Origin: Eledone cirrhosa
Taxonomy: Eukaryota
Direction of reading: 5' to 3'
Assembly: GCA_964016885.1 (NCBI GenBank)
Contig: OZ024745.1
Location: 76,074,001-76,138,000 of the forward strand
Length of the DNA stretch: 64,000 nucleotides
The position numbers and the translations under genes were made by a program. Shown piece after piece: positions 1 to 11,120 of this stretch. The notes under the pieces were generated by a model. It worked only from the letters and a program-made list of their open reading frames with translations. It did no database searches and was not told the origin of the DNA. Within the stretch, counting starts at the first letter, position 1. Each line of letters starts with the position of its first letter.

Positions 1-142
1 AAAATCCTTCCCTTCTGCTTCTTATAAATTCCTTTAAATATATTATGCTACTTCGAAAACTCAAAAATCCCGCTTCTACACCCAGACCCCCTCCCTCTAC
101 TTCACGAGGGCCTGCGGTCAGCCACCCCAATACCTACATCCA

Positions 143-206
143 TCTCTCTCTCTCTCTCTCTCTCCCCCTCCCCCTCTCTCTCTCTTAGCTACATATATAT
201 ATATAT
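143..206. repeat. (TC)n and (TA)n microsatellites
   Basis: Direct dinucleotide runs visible in sequence. Confidence 0.9.
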
Positions 207-506
207 AAGATAAAAACTCCCCTTCAAGTTTACTCACTTTCGCCAATTCATTTGCTGTCCCTACTATCATGTAATCGTAACGTACACATTTTTCTATCTA
301 CTCCACGCTTCAATTTCGTACCTAGTCCAAACATCTAATCTTGCAAAATCCGAAATGTAGCGAACGTTTTCCTAGAGCAAATCTGTATTTTTTGTTATTT
401 ATGTTAAATACGGGAGTTTTTGTCGTATTGAACAGAACAAATCTTGTATTTTTGTTTTTTGTTAATCGCTTGTTAAACAATCCTAACCTTCCAGCTAGCT
501 ACCCAA

Positions 507-750
507 CACCCCACCCCTCCCTCCCGCCCGCCACCACACACCCCTCCCTCCCGCCCGCCACCACACACCCCTCCCTCCCGCCCGCCACCACACACCCCTC
601 CCTCCCTCCCGCCACCACACACCCCTCCCTCCCTCCCGCCACCACACCCCTCCCTCCCGCCACCACACACCCCTCCCTCCCGCCACCACACACCCCTCCC
701 TCCCGCCCGCCACCACACATCCCTCCCGCCCGCCACCACACACCCCTCCA
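507..750. repeat. C-rich 27-bp tandem repeat (~9 units) at the 5' end of an RTE LINE
   Basis: Unit CCACCACACACCCCTCCCTCCCGCCCG repeated with some shortened units; gives the HPSLPPATT repeats in the ORF track. Confidence 0.9.
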
Positions 751-1031
751 GCACCATTGTTATTACGCGGACCAATCATAAGCCAGAGGCCTATACTATC
801 GCTTGCCCGGTTGCCTTTCGATATATGATGGATGGATGGATGGACTGCGGAATCCTGGAGAGTGGAAGGGAGAGAAAAATCTGGACGCTCAACGAAAATG
901 CGAAAGTTAAAGACAAATTCACCTCGTGGACGAGAATGCGAGCACTCCTCTTTGTTTCGACCGCGGACGGCTAACATAACCCCATCTCCCCCCACCCCCA
1001 CCGCCCCCACCCTCCAAACGCAATCCAAAAC

Positions 1032-4000
1032 TTCAGAGTTGGTACCATAAATGTAGGCACCCTAAAGGGTCACGCTAACGAGGTTGTAGAAATGCTTGAA
1101 CGTAAGGAGGTCAATGTTTGTTGTATTCAAGAGACCAGGTGGAGGGGTGGGTCTGCTAGATTCATTGAGGGTAAAAAACGATGTTATAAGCTTTTCTGGG
1201 TGGGAAACGACGATGGGCTGGGTTGAGTAGGAATCATGGTAGCAGAAAAGTGGGCAGATAAGATAATAGACGTAAATAGAGTGAACGACAGAATAATTAA
1301 AATACGACTTGTCCTCAATAGAACTACGGTGACAGTAATATCTGCGTACGCACCCCAATCCGGACTGCCCGGCACTATAAAAGACAGATTCTATGAGACA
1401 CTGATGCTCACTACCTCCCAAATATCCGACAGTGACTATATAATTATTGCAGGCGACCTAAATGGTCACGTTGGACAACATTGTGACGGCTACGACGAAA
1501 TCCATGGAGGCTATGGGTTTGGTACTAGAAATGAGGAAGGCTCCAGAATCCTGGAATTCTGTGACGCAAATAACCTAACTATCTGTAACACTAACTTCAA
1601 AAAACGTGACAATCACCTGATCACCTATAAATCCGGGGAACACACAAGCCAGGTAGATTATATCCTTACCAGAAGACGTGACAGAGTGTCTGTTGTAAAC
1701 ACTAAATCCCTCCCCCATGAAGAATGCACCTCCCAACATAGACTGATAATTAGCGACCTCATAGTCAGGACGAGACGTACTCGACAGCAGAAAAGGACTA
1801 TCCTCAGGAGAAAAATATGGAAGCTAAATGACCCCACAGCCAGAAATAAATTTCAAAGCATATTGATGCTTTCGACAGTAAGGAAGAGCATTTAGAGTCG
1901 GACAATATAGAGGGACAGTGGGAATTTCTGAAAGCAAACCTGCTGATGGCGACAGACGAAGTCTGTGGCTGGAGCAGGCCTGTAGGCAGGAGGAGAGTAA
2001 CATGGTGGTGGAACAGTAAGGTGGAGGGGTCAATTAAGGCCAAAAAGCAGGCTTGGAAAGTATGGCGGGATGGGGGAAGTAGAGAAGACTATCAAGTGGC
2101 CAGGAGGGAAGCTAGGAGACAAATGTACTTAGTAAGAAGGGAAGCAGAGGAAAGAAAGTTCAAGCATGTTCTACAACGCGAGGACCAAAAACGTGAGGTC
2201 TTCAGGATTGCTAGGCAATGCGTCAAGGAAAACCGTGATATTGTCGGGGAGAAGTGTGTACTTAATGATGACGGCGTACTTGCCATCACCGACGCTGATA
2301 AGAAGGTAGCTTGGAAGTGTCACTATGAAAGGCTACTAAATGAGGAGAATAAATGGGAGAAAGACAGTCTCCCCCATATCGACCCAATAGAGGGACCAGC
2401 AGTGTTAGTCGAGGGGAGTATAATAAGTAAGGCAATAAAGGATATGAAGACGGGTAAGGCGGCTGGGCCTTCGGAAATAGTTGCTGAGATGCTGAAGGCA
2501 TCTGGCACGGTGGGACACACCATGGTCACCCGCATAGTTAACCAAGTCGTACAGAATGGGGTTCTTCCGAAGGACTGGCATAGCAGCATCATCGTTAACT
2601 GTTATAAGGGTAAAGGAGACGCCCTAGATAGGAGTAACTATAGAGGCATTAAATTAATCGACCAGGTCATGAAGGTCACGGAAAAAGTAATAGCGCAACT
2701 AATCAGAGAGAGAATTGACCTAGATGAAATGCAGTTCGGGTTTGTGTCAGGCAAAAGTACCACAGACGCTCTTTTCATTGTACGACAACTACAGCAGAAG
2801 TACCTAGCTAAAGGTAAACCCCTCTACTTAGCTTTTGTCGACTTGGAGAAAGCCTTCGACAGAGTCCCCCGCTCCATTATCTGGTGGGCTCTTAGAAAAC
2901 TAGGCGTTGACGAATGGCTTGTGAGAGCTATACAAGCCATGTATAAAGAAACAGTCAGCAAGGTTAGAATTAACAACGAATATAGTGAAGAGTTTAGCGT
3001 AAAAGTTGGCGTCCATCAGGGCTCCGTTCTCAGCCCACTACTATTTATTATTGCCCTTCAGGCTATAACAGAGGAGTTCAAGACCGGCTGCCCATGGGAA
3101 CTCCTATACGCAGACGACCTGACACTCATAGCTGAATCAATGGCCGAGCTAGAGAAGAAATTCCAAACATGGAAGCACGGCCTAGAATCAAAAGGACTTA
3201 AAATTAACCTGGCTAAGACTAAAGTTCTAGTTTGTAGGAAAGAAAATAAGGCGGCGGTCCCTTCTGGGAAATGGTCATGCTCAGTGTGTAGGAAAGGCGT
3301 AGGTAGAAACTCCATTTTATGTCCTAAATGCAAAGTATGGGTGCATAAAAGATGTAGTGGGATCACAGGTAAGCTAACTAAGAACAGATTTTACATGTGG
3401 CCGGTGCTCTGGTGCAATAAGTAGCAGCAAGTGCCCACAAAATACTAGCTCTTTCAATTGCGCAGAGGGTTCTATAGAAATAGTGGATAGCTTCCGTTAC
3501 CTGGGCGATAAAATCAGCAGTGGGGGAGGGTGCTCTGAAAGTACAGTAGCTAGAGTCAGAACTGGATGGAAAAAGTTCAGAGAGCTTATACCACTATTAG
3601 CTGCTAAAGGGTTCTCCCTAAAAATGAAAGGCAGGTTGTACGATGCCTGCATACGAACAGCAATGTTGCATGGCAGTGAGACCTGGGCATTGTGTGCAGA
3701 GGATATACGCAGACTAGAGAGGAACGAAGCTTGCATGCTCCGCTGGATGTGTAACAGTAATATACGTGAACGGCAAAGCATAAACGAACTAAGGAAAAAA
3801 AAAAAAATTAGAAATAAGAGGGATCAGATGTTGTTTACTCGAGAGAAGGCTACGTTGGTATGGACACGTGATGCGCATGAAAGTCGATAGCTGTATAACA
3901 AAGTGCAGGGCAATAAAGATAGACGGTAGCCACGGAATAGGCAGACCTAGAAAAACCTGGGACGAGCTGATAAACTCCGACCTCACACACTTACACCTCT

Positions 4001-4068
4001 TCAAGACAATGTCACTGGACCGAGACCTTTGGCGGTACTCAGTAACAGAGAAGACCCGCCTTACCTAA
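1032..4068 (+). pseudogene. Frameshifted APE-RT-PHD polyprotein ORF of RTE copy 1
   Basis: Pieced together from ORFs 1236-1895, 1946-3424, 3483-3890 and 3868-4068, plus upstream APE-coding sequence, separated by frameshifts. Confidence 0.88.
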
Positions 4069-4443
4069 ATACATAGTAAAACCTACTACAGCCAGTAGGC
4101 ATCTATAACAAAATACACCCCCCCCCCATCCACACCACCCCGTTCTATGTAAAGTTATGTTGGTGCCACAACATCCAGGCCGAAACAAATGAGATTGTGT
4201 AGGTGTCACGACAAAAAAACACACAGTCCACGCTGTAATGTGGCCGTGTAGGCAACACGGTAAAAACCTCCCAGTCCCACACTGTAAATGTGGTTGGTGT
4301 GAGGAAGGGCATCCAACTGTAGAAAACCTGCCAGACAGTCCTATGCGAGCAAGACAATCACTCTTGCCTCAAGTGGGACTACCCCCGTCCAAACCCATGC
4401 AAGCGTGGAACACGGACGTTAAACGTTGATGATGATGATGATA

Positions 4444-5063
4444 AATACATACATTTATATACATATATATACACATATATATTTGTATACATACATATAT
4501 ATATGTGTATATATCTGTATATAAATGTATGTATACATATATGTGTGTATATATATATATATGTGTATATATACATATATGCGTGTATATATACATATGT
4601 GTGTGTATGTATATATATGTATGTATATATATGTGTGTGTATATATATGTATACATATATGTGTATATACATATATATATACACGTGTGTGTATCTATCT
4701 ATATATATATATATATATATATATACGTGTATGTGTGTGTGTATAACTATATATATGTAGTTGTCTGTGTGTGTGTCCCCTCATTTTTGCAAAGTCGATA
4801 CAAATCCACATTTCTACTCCGATTGTCTTCAAACTTGGATTTATATATTCCTTGCGGTCTAAAGATATTAACTGCAGCTTTTATTTTTCAATTTTCTGTT
4901 GTTAAAGGGGTGTTTGGCGCCGGTTATCGATCTCCGTCGCGCCCTTATAATATCTGTCTGTATGCCTGGCTCTCTGCATAACGATATTATGATCAACACT
5001 TCATTGCTGACGTATTATCTTCGCCACATTCACACACACACATATATACATATATATACATAT

Positions 5064-5094
<31 letters not shown>

Positions 5095-5175
5095 CACATA
5101 TATACATATCCACACACATATATACACATATATATATATACATGCACACACATATATACACATATATATATATAT

Positions 5176-5225
<50 letters not shown>
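4444..5225. repeat. Compound (TA)n/(TG)n/(CA)n microsatellite blocks with an intervening non-repetitive segment (~4755-5030)
   Basis: Visible runs; ORFs here are YIYI/THTH low-complexity artefacts. Confidence 0.9.
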
Positions 5226-5231
<6 letters not shown>

Positions 5232-5598
5232 AAAATAACAGGAGGCTGGACTTGTGTAAATTCTTGAAAGGTTTATTATACTATGATCATTTAAATGACC
5301 GGGTTCCGTATGAATCTGGTGATATTATCAGGTATTCGAAATATAATAAATGAAAGTAACAGATAAAATCCATGTGGCTGTTATTTTATTATAATATTTA
5401 ACCACCAACTACACAAACGAACACGGTTGGGCTGCTTTACGTTGAGTACTCTCCATATTAATACATCAAGATTGACCATATGGAATGACCAGCTCTATCC
5501 AGTGGTGAACCTTCAAACCTAAATAAATATATATATATATATATATATAAAATAAAGTTAAATAAAAGTCAAATGATTAAAATTTAGCTTCGTTTATT

Positions 5599-5627
5599 AC
5601 TGCTATATATATTTCAGTGACAGCCAT
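5599..5627 (-). ncRNA. 3' half of a second copy of the hammerhead motif
   Basis: Minus strand TGGCTGTCACT-GAAA-TATATATA-GCAGT-AATAAA; GCAGT is exactly complementary to the ACTGC stem I arm of the copy at 5789-5793. Confidence 0.5.
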
Positions 5628-5657
5628 CTTTGGTATACAACCAACATAAACTCAAAA

Positions 5658-5695
<38 letters not shown>

Positions 5696-5736
5696 CGAAA
5701 CATAAGTCAATTGCATGAACTCATAATCCTTTATTT

Positions 5737-5793
5737 ACTGGGTATATATATTTCGATGATAGCCATTGAATGGCTATGACCTCATCAGGCAGT
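5737..5793 (-). ncRNA. Minimal type I hammerhead ribozyme-like motif (Penelope-like element type), partly decayed
   Basis: Minus strand reads ACTGC-CTGATGA-GGTCATAGCCA(TTCAA)TGGCTATCATC-GAAA-TATATATA-CCCAGT: intact CUGAUGA and GAAA core boxes, long stem II, palindromic stem III, followed by AATAAA. Confidence 0.6.
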
Positions 5794-5856
5794 TAGTCAG
5801 TTCTTAGATATGCCAACTCTGTGTTTATAGTGTTGATGGTATCAGAGTCTTGGGAC

Positions 5857-5864
5857 ACATATAT

Positions 5865-5921
<57 letters not shown>

Positions 5922-6017
5922 AACACATATACACATATATATATATATATACATATACAAACGCATATACACATATATATATATATATACACATATACTT
6001 ATATATAAATATACACA
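5857..6017. repeat. (CA)n/(TA)n microsatellite
   Basis: Visible runs. Confidence 0.9.
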
Positions 6018-6027
6018 TAAAAATACA

Positions 6028-6260
6028 TCTATCTATCTAGGGTGGGTAAAATTCCCGAGATCCATGGACGAGTTCTCTCCAGCGGTCTCTATCCCCATTA
6101 TCGCTGCCATGTCCTGCGTCTCCAACAGACCAGTGTCTGTCCTTAGGGCATCAACATATGTTAACTTTGGTCTTCCTCTTCCAGTGTGCCATGCAGGGGA
6201 TCCCACAGGAGCACTGAGTGCAGTGTCAACTCTGGATGTCGGTGAGCATGTCCAGTTCGT
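6028..6260 (-). mobile_element. 3' fragment of an RTE-like LINE (distinct family) with (TAGA)n tail
   Basis: Minus translation [22 protein letters not shown] / [30 protein letters not shown] resembles RTE C-termini. Confidence 0.7.
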
Positions 6261-6292
6261 TTCTCATTGGAGGTCTATTACCAATGTTCTAA

Positions 6293-6320
6293 TCCGTGCA
6301 ACGCCGGGATACACTGCTAG
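6293..6320 (+). mobile_element. Helitron-like 3' terminus
   Basis: CCGTGCAACGCCGGG hairpin-like motif, short spacer, CTAG followed by T; same layout as the ends at 24368 and 38620. Confidence 0.55.
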
Positions 6321-6924
6321 TATATATATATATAACCATGGAGCTTGAAGCAATCCAATGAAGCTACAAGAGGATGACCCCCACCCAATAATAATATTTT
6401 TCTCCCCAAACTACCAAAACACGCATCTATTTGTATATGTGCTTCAAATTTATGTACGTTATGTTTATCGCATATTGAAGTTTTTTAAAATCTTGGTTGA
6501 TATTTGATGATAACTCTGTAATATATTATGTTAACCTTCGTAGGAAATTTTTTTGTTATGTCATAATTTTTTCTATATATATCGCTATTTGCAAATTGCT
6601 AGTATGTGTATTGAGAGACAGATTTCATAGGTCATTCTGCTATAATTACTTTATATTTATTGGAAGCTGTAAATTTAATATGGCCTGCTTAAACACAAAT
6701 TGGATATTTTGACCATTTTACTGTGTAAAGAGCTAAACTAATCACTACAACTAAAGTGACCAAATTTGCCCCCCCCCCCCCCACCCCTGCTCCAAATTAA
6801 GAAATCCTTCCACGCTACCTGGAGTGACTCTCTGATCTCTGATCTACGTACTTTATGGCATTCATATATATTAATACCCTTATCGGTTAATTAAAATTAA
6901 TAATAATAATAATAATAACAATAA

Positions 6925-7984
6925 TCTTACAACATGTTCCACAAGAGGAGTGATGTCGATAGACTCTACTTAAGGAGATCTGAAGGTGGAAGAGGTCTTA
7001 TCAGCATAGAGGACTGTGTTCAGATGGAGAAAAACAACCTACACAAATACGTGACTGATAGTAAGGAGCCAATGCTCAGAACTGTACTGAAGGAGAGGAC
7101 AATAGACCAGGGGATGTCCAAGGAGGAAATAACAACAAGGAGAAAGAGCAGCCTTCAGGAAAAATCCCTTCATAGTACCTTCTTTGAGAAAACTGAATTC
7201 AGAGATCCACAGACATGGAACTGGTTGAAAAGAGGAGACCTTAAAAAGGCTACAGAAGGAATGTTAATGGCTGCACAAGAGCAGGCCCTCAAAACGAAGT
7301 GGTTGAAACACCATATTTACAAGGAGGAGGCTAGCCCACTGTGCAGGATCTGTGGAGAGAGGAGACTGTGGCTCACATTGTATCCGAGTGTAAACACCTA
7401 GCCCAGACTCACTATAAGGGCTGGAGACATGATGTGATGGGCAGGGTGATCCACTGGCACCTATGCAAAGTAAACAATTTACCACATTCTGAGAAGTGGT
7501 ATGAGCATAAGCCAGAGTCGGTGATAGAAAACGATCAGGTGAAGGTGCTGTGGGATTTTAGGATACAGACGGACAAGAAACTGGAACACAATAGACCTGA
7601 CCTGGTGGTTTTGGACAAAGAAAAAAGATCGTGCCTGATTGTGGATGTGGCCTGCCCATTCGACACAAGAGTGCAAGAGAAGGAGAGGGAGAAAATTAAC
7701 CGATACCAGGACTTAAAGTGGGAGGTAAAAAGGATTTGGAACTGCCATGAAGTCAAAGTGGTCCCAATTGTCATAGGCGCACTAAGTACTATCTCAAAAA
7801 GTTTCCAGGGATGGTTAAAGAAAATTGGCCCCTTCACGCTTTTTGGAACGCTTCAAAAGGCATGCTTGCTGGGAACAGCAAGAACCCTCCGATACGGCCT
7901 GAATATCTGAGGCTGCAGGTAGTGGCTTGATATTCATTTCAACAAACTTTCCAGTTAACTAACATCAATGACTGAGACTCAAAG
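6925..7984 (+). mobile_element. 5'-truncated R4/Dong-like non-LTR retrotransposon (RLE-type endonuclease)
   Basis: RLYLRRSEGGRGL, CCHC knuckle (CRICG..ETVAHIVSEC), RHD, LWDF..RPDLVV..DVACP..EK..Y PD-(D/E)xK nuclease; one frameshift at ~7360; flanked on both sides by (AAT)n, the known Dong target. Confidence 0.88.
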
Positions 7985-8187
7985 AATAATAATAATAATA
8001 ATAATGAAATTATTGTGTACAGTGTTCAGGTGCACTACAATTCGTCAAAGGTGCATGTATAGTACATAGAATAATATACAAATGTCAGGGAAGTGAATAG
8101 TGTATGAGTCATGATATACATGTGTGTAAGTGTATGGAGGGGGACCATTAGGTGTAGTGTTGGCGAATCTCAAGAAGCGTGGAGGTT

Positions 8188-10842
8188 TTAAAGGATGCAG
8201 TGTCTCAACATAATAACTGATACAGGTAGTTTGTTCCATGCTTCAGCAACTCTGAGCGTGAAAAAATGTTTCCGAAAGTCATGGGAGCTGTGCTGTTTTC
8301 TGACTTTGTGGGCATGCCCACGTGTGTTAGACACATGGAACTCAAAAAGGTACTCAGGGTTGTTGTTGGCAAGATGGTTAATAATTTTGTGGGTGTTTAC
8401 CAAGTCAGTTGCCAGACGTCGGAGCTTCAATGTAACCATGCCCAGGGAAGCAAGGCGCTCAGAGTATGGTAGATGCCTGATGAAGGGTATTCGCTTGGTT
8501 GCATGTCTCTGAACAGTTTCCAGGTGGTCAATGTTCTGAGCAAGATAGGGGTTCCAGACTGGTGATGCAAATTCTAAGTGTGGCCGCACCATAGCTATGT
8601 ACAGCTTTAAATAGAAGGTCTTGCTGAGTGATGCTAAGACACCCTCAGCCTTCTTGACAATTTTAGAGACGTGCTTCGTCCAACGCAAATCGCTGCTGAT
8701 CGTAATGCCGAGGTCACGTTCACAAGAAGACTTCTTGATATTAGTGTTGTGGAGGGAGTATATGGACGCTGGGTTTTTACTCCAAAAATACATGGTGGTA
8801 CACTTGTCCACAGTTAGCTTGAGTTGCCAGTCTGTGATCCATTGTTGCATTGTGCCCAGGTCAGATTGCAGGCAAAATCTATAGTGTTCAGGATCTTTCC
8901 TTTTTATCTCAAGGTACAGCTTGATGTCATCTGCATATTTCAGTACTGTGGCATTCTTTAAGTTGGCATCTATGACATTAATATATGCCACAAACAAAAG
9001 GGGCCAAGAACAGATCCCTGTGGTACACCAGATGACATCTCATATGGTGAAGAATGCTGTCCTAGAACCATGACTACCTCTCTTCGACTGAGAATGAAGG
9101 ACTTCAACCAGTTAAAAAGATCATCCTTCACATCCATTGCAAAGAGTTTTGCCATAAGTCTTTTGTGTGGCACAGAATTGAAAGCTTTAGCAAAGTCAAG
9201 GTAAACAACATCCACCCATGAGCTGCCATCAGTGATCCGGGTAATGTCTTCAAGAAACTCGATAAGTTGATCACAGCAACTGGAGTTAGGGATAAATCCA
9301 AGTTGCGAGGGCCGGATAAGACTGTGAGAGTTCCAGAAGTTCCAAAGTGTTTCTCTGACACAGGATTCCATCAGTTTGGCAATGCAGCTAGTAAGACTGA
9401 CTGGACGATAGTTCACAGGTGATGTGCGGTCACCCTTTTTGAACAGAGGAATGACACTGGCAGTTTTCCACTGTTCTGGAATAGCACCGTTGTTCAGACA
9501 GAATTGGAAGAAACGTGATAGCTGGTGCAGAAGGAAGTACCCACCACGTTTGAGAAGCAGGTTCATAACACCATCAAGACCAGGAGAGGTATGTTTGCGT
9601 TTATTTTTAAGGTGATGTCACAGCGTTGCAGGTATAAATTTCATAGTTGTAATAGAATCCGATGTCAGAGGTGGTGGAGACGGTATACTCTGGTCTTCAA
9701 TAGTGAAAATGCCTGCATAGCATTCAGCAATGAGTTCTGCGCATTCCTTGGGGTTATCAGTAACCTGGCTTGTGTGGGGATTGCGAAGAGGACCAACTGG
9801 GGAGTGAGGCCTCTGCTTTGAGTGAACACCTTACTGTCAAGGCTGGTTGCTATGCGCTGCTCAAATTGAAGCACTGCTTTTTTTGTCACCTGTTTAAGAT
9901 GGTTGGATGATTTATTTCGCTTCTTCCTATTGACATCTGATTTATGCAGTTTGTACTCACGTTCAGCATTACGATGTTCTTTTCTGGCAAGACGGACTGC
10001 TGGAGTCTGCCAGGTTGCACTTTTGGGATGTTTTTTTCTGATTACGTGGCACCGATGCTGCACATGCTGTCCATATTGAGCTCAGGATGTTCTGGAGTAC
10101 AGTGCTGACATCTCCAGAGTCGTAGAACTCAAGCCAGTTTGGATGTTGCAACTCGGTGCAGTAACAGTTTCAGTCTGCTTTATTCCAGTCAAAGTGAGCA
10201 GTTTGGAGATGGTTGTGGTTTTTGTTACTGCCCATGAGAGATAGATTGGCAATGATCATAGTATGATCAGAGTCACCTAAAGGTTCCTCAGTAGTAACAC
10301 TAATAACCGTTTCAGGAGTAGTGGTGAAGAGTAGGTCCAAAGTGTTGACACCTCTGGTTGGGGAGGTGACTACTTGGGACCAGTTCGAATCCAGCACTAG
10401 CTCAAGGAAGTCATTTGCACTTTGTGGCCAACGAAAGGTTTCCCAGTCAAACATAAGTGGCTGTTTTCCTGGCAACAACTCTGAAGATATCACAAAGTTG
10501 AGTGTCCTGATGGTAATTTGGGGGATTGTAAACGACTCCAAGTAGCAGTGTTGACATGGTCATACGTATATCGCTGGAAAATACTTCTTGCTGCGATTAG
10601 TTCAAATCAACACAAGGAATTGCTGAAAAATTTGACCGAACGTAGACCATTACACCATCACCACCACGATTAATGCAGTCTTTACGAAACAAGTTGTAGC
10701 TAGTTATGCTGAAAACCCCATCACAGAGTAAGGAATGTGCCCATGTTTCCGTGACTGTAATGAAGTCAGGGTTGATACTTTTGACGTAGGAGTCAAAAAG
10801 ATGTATCTTATTGCATAGACTACATGCATTCAAGGACAACAA
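8188..10842 (-). pseudogene. CR1-like ORF2 (APE endonuclease-reverse transcriptase), fragmented
   Basis: ORFs 10597-10842, 10170-10541, 9665-10063, 8970-9566 and 8188-8997. Confidence 0.85.
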
Positions 10843-11120
10843 TTTGTACTTTGATTCCAGTCTATGATTATGTGCAGGGGATGGCAGGTTGTTCTGATTT
10901 AGTTTCCCAGAGTTTTTTCAGTTTTTTTATTATCAGTTGTTGTGGGTACAGTGTTTTCAGATCAGCTGGTATCTCTTTTCCATGTTTCACCAGCCTTAAT
11001 AAACTTCCATATCTGCCCATCATCACGTAGGCTGAAGCTTTCATGTTCTGCCGAGCTGCGGTTTAAGGAAGCTGCAGCACGCAGCTTTGGGCGGACATCA
11101 GGTGGAAGACCACGGCGTGT

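Larger units (their letters stand above)
500..4443 (+). mobile_element. RTE-clade non-LTR retrotransposon, subfamily A copy 1, near full length
   Basis: APE motifs (NVGTL, IQETRW, GDLNGHVG, SQVDYIL, SQHRL), RT motifs (QFGF, FVDLEKAFD, GVHQGSVLSP, YADD), RTE C-terminus (WYGHV, GRPRKTW), (GAT)n tail at 4428-4443; 5' boundary approximate. Confidence 0.93.

Noticed and set aside
341-1028. Pro-rich and Gly-rich ORFs as an RTE ORF1
   Set aside because: They arise from the stop-free 27-bp tandem repeat and are not conserved in RTE copy 2
1804-4004. Antisense ORFs over LINE coding regions (also in other copies)
   Set aside because: Shadow frames of the RT-coding strand with no independent motifs
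4369-6348. Many ORFs rich in Y/I/H/T/V/C
   Set aside because: Translations of TA/CA/TG microsatellites
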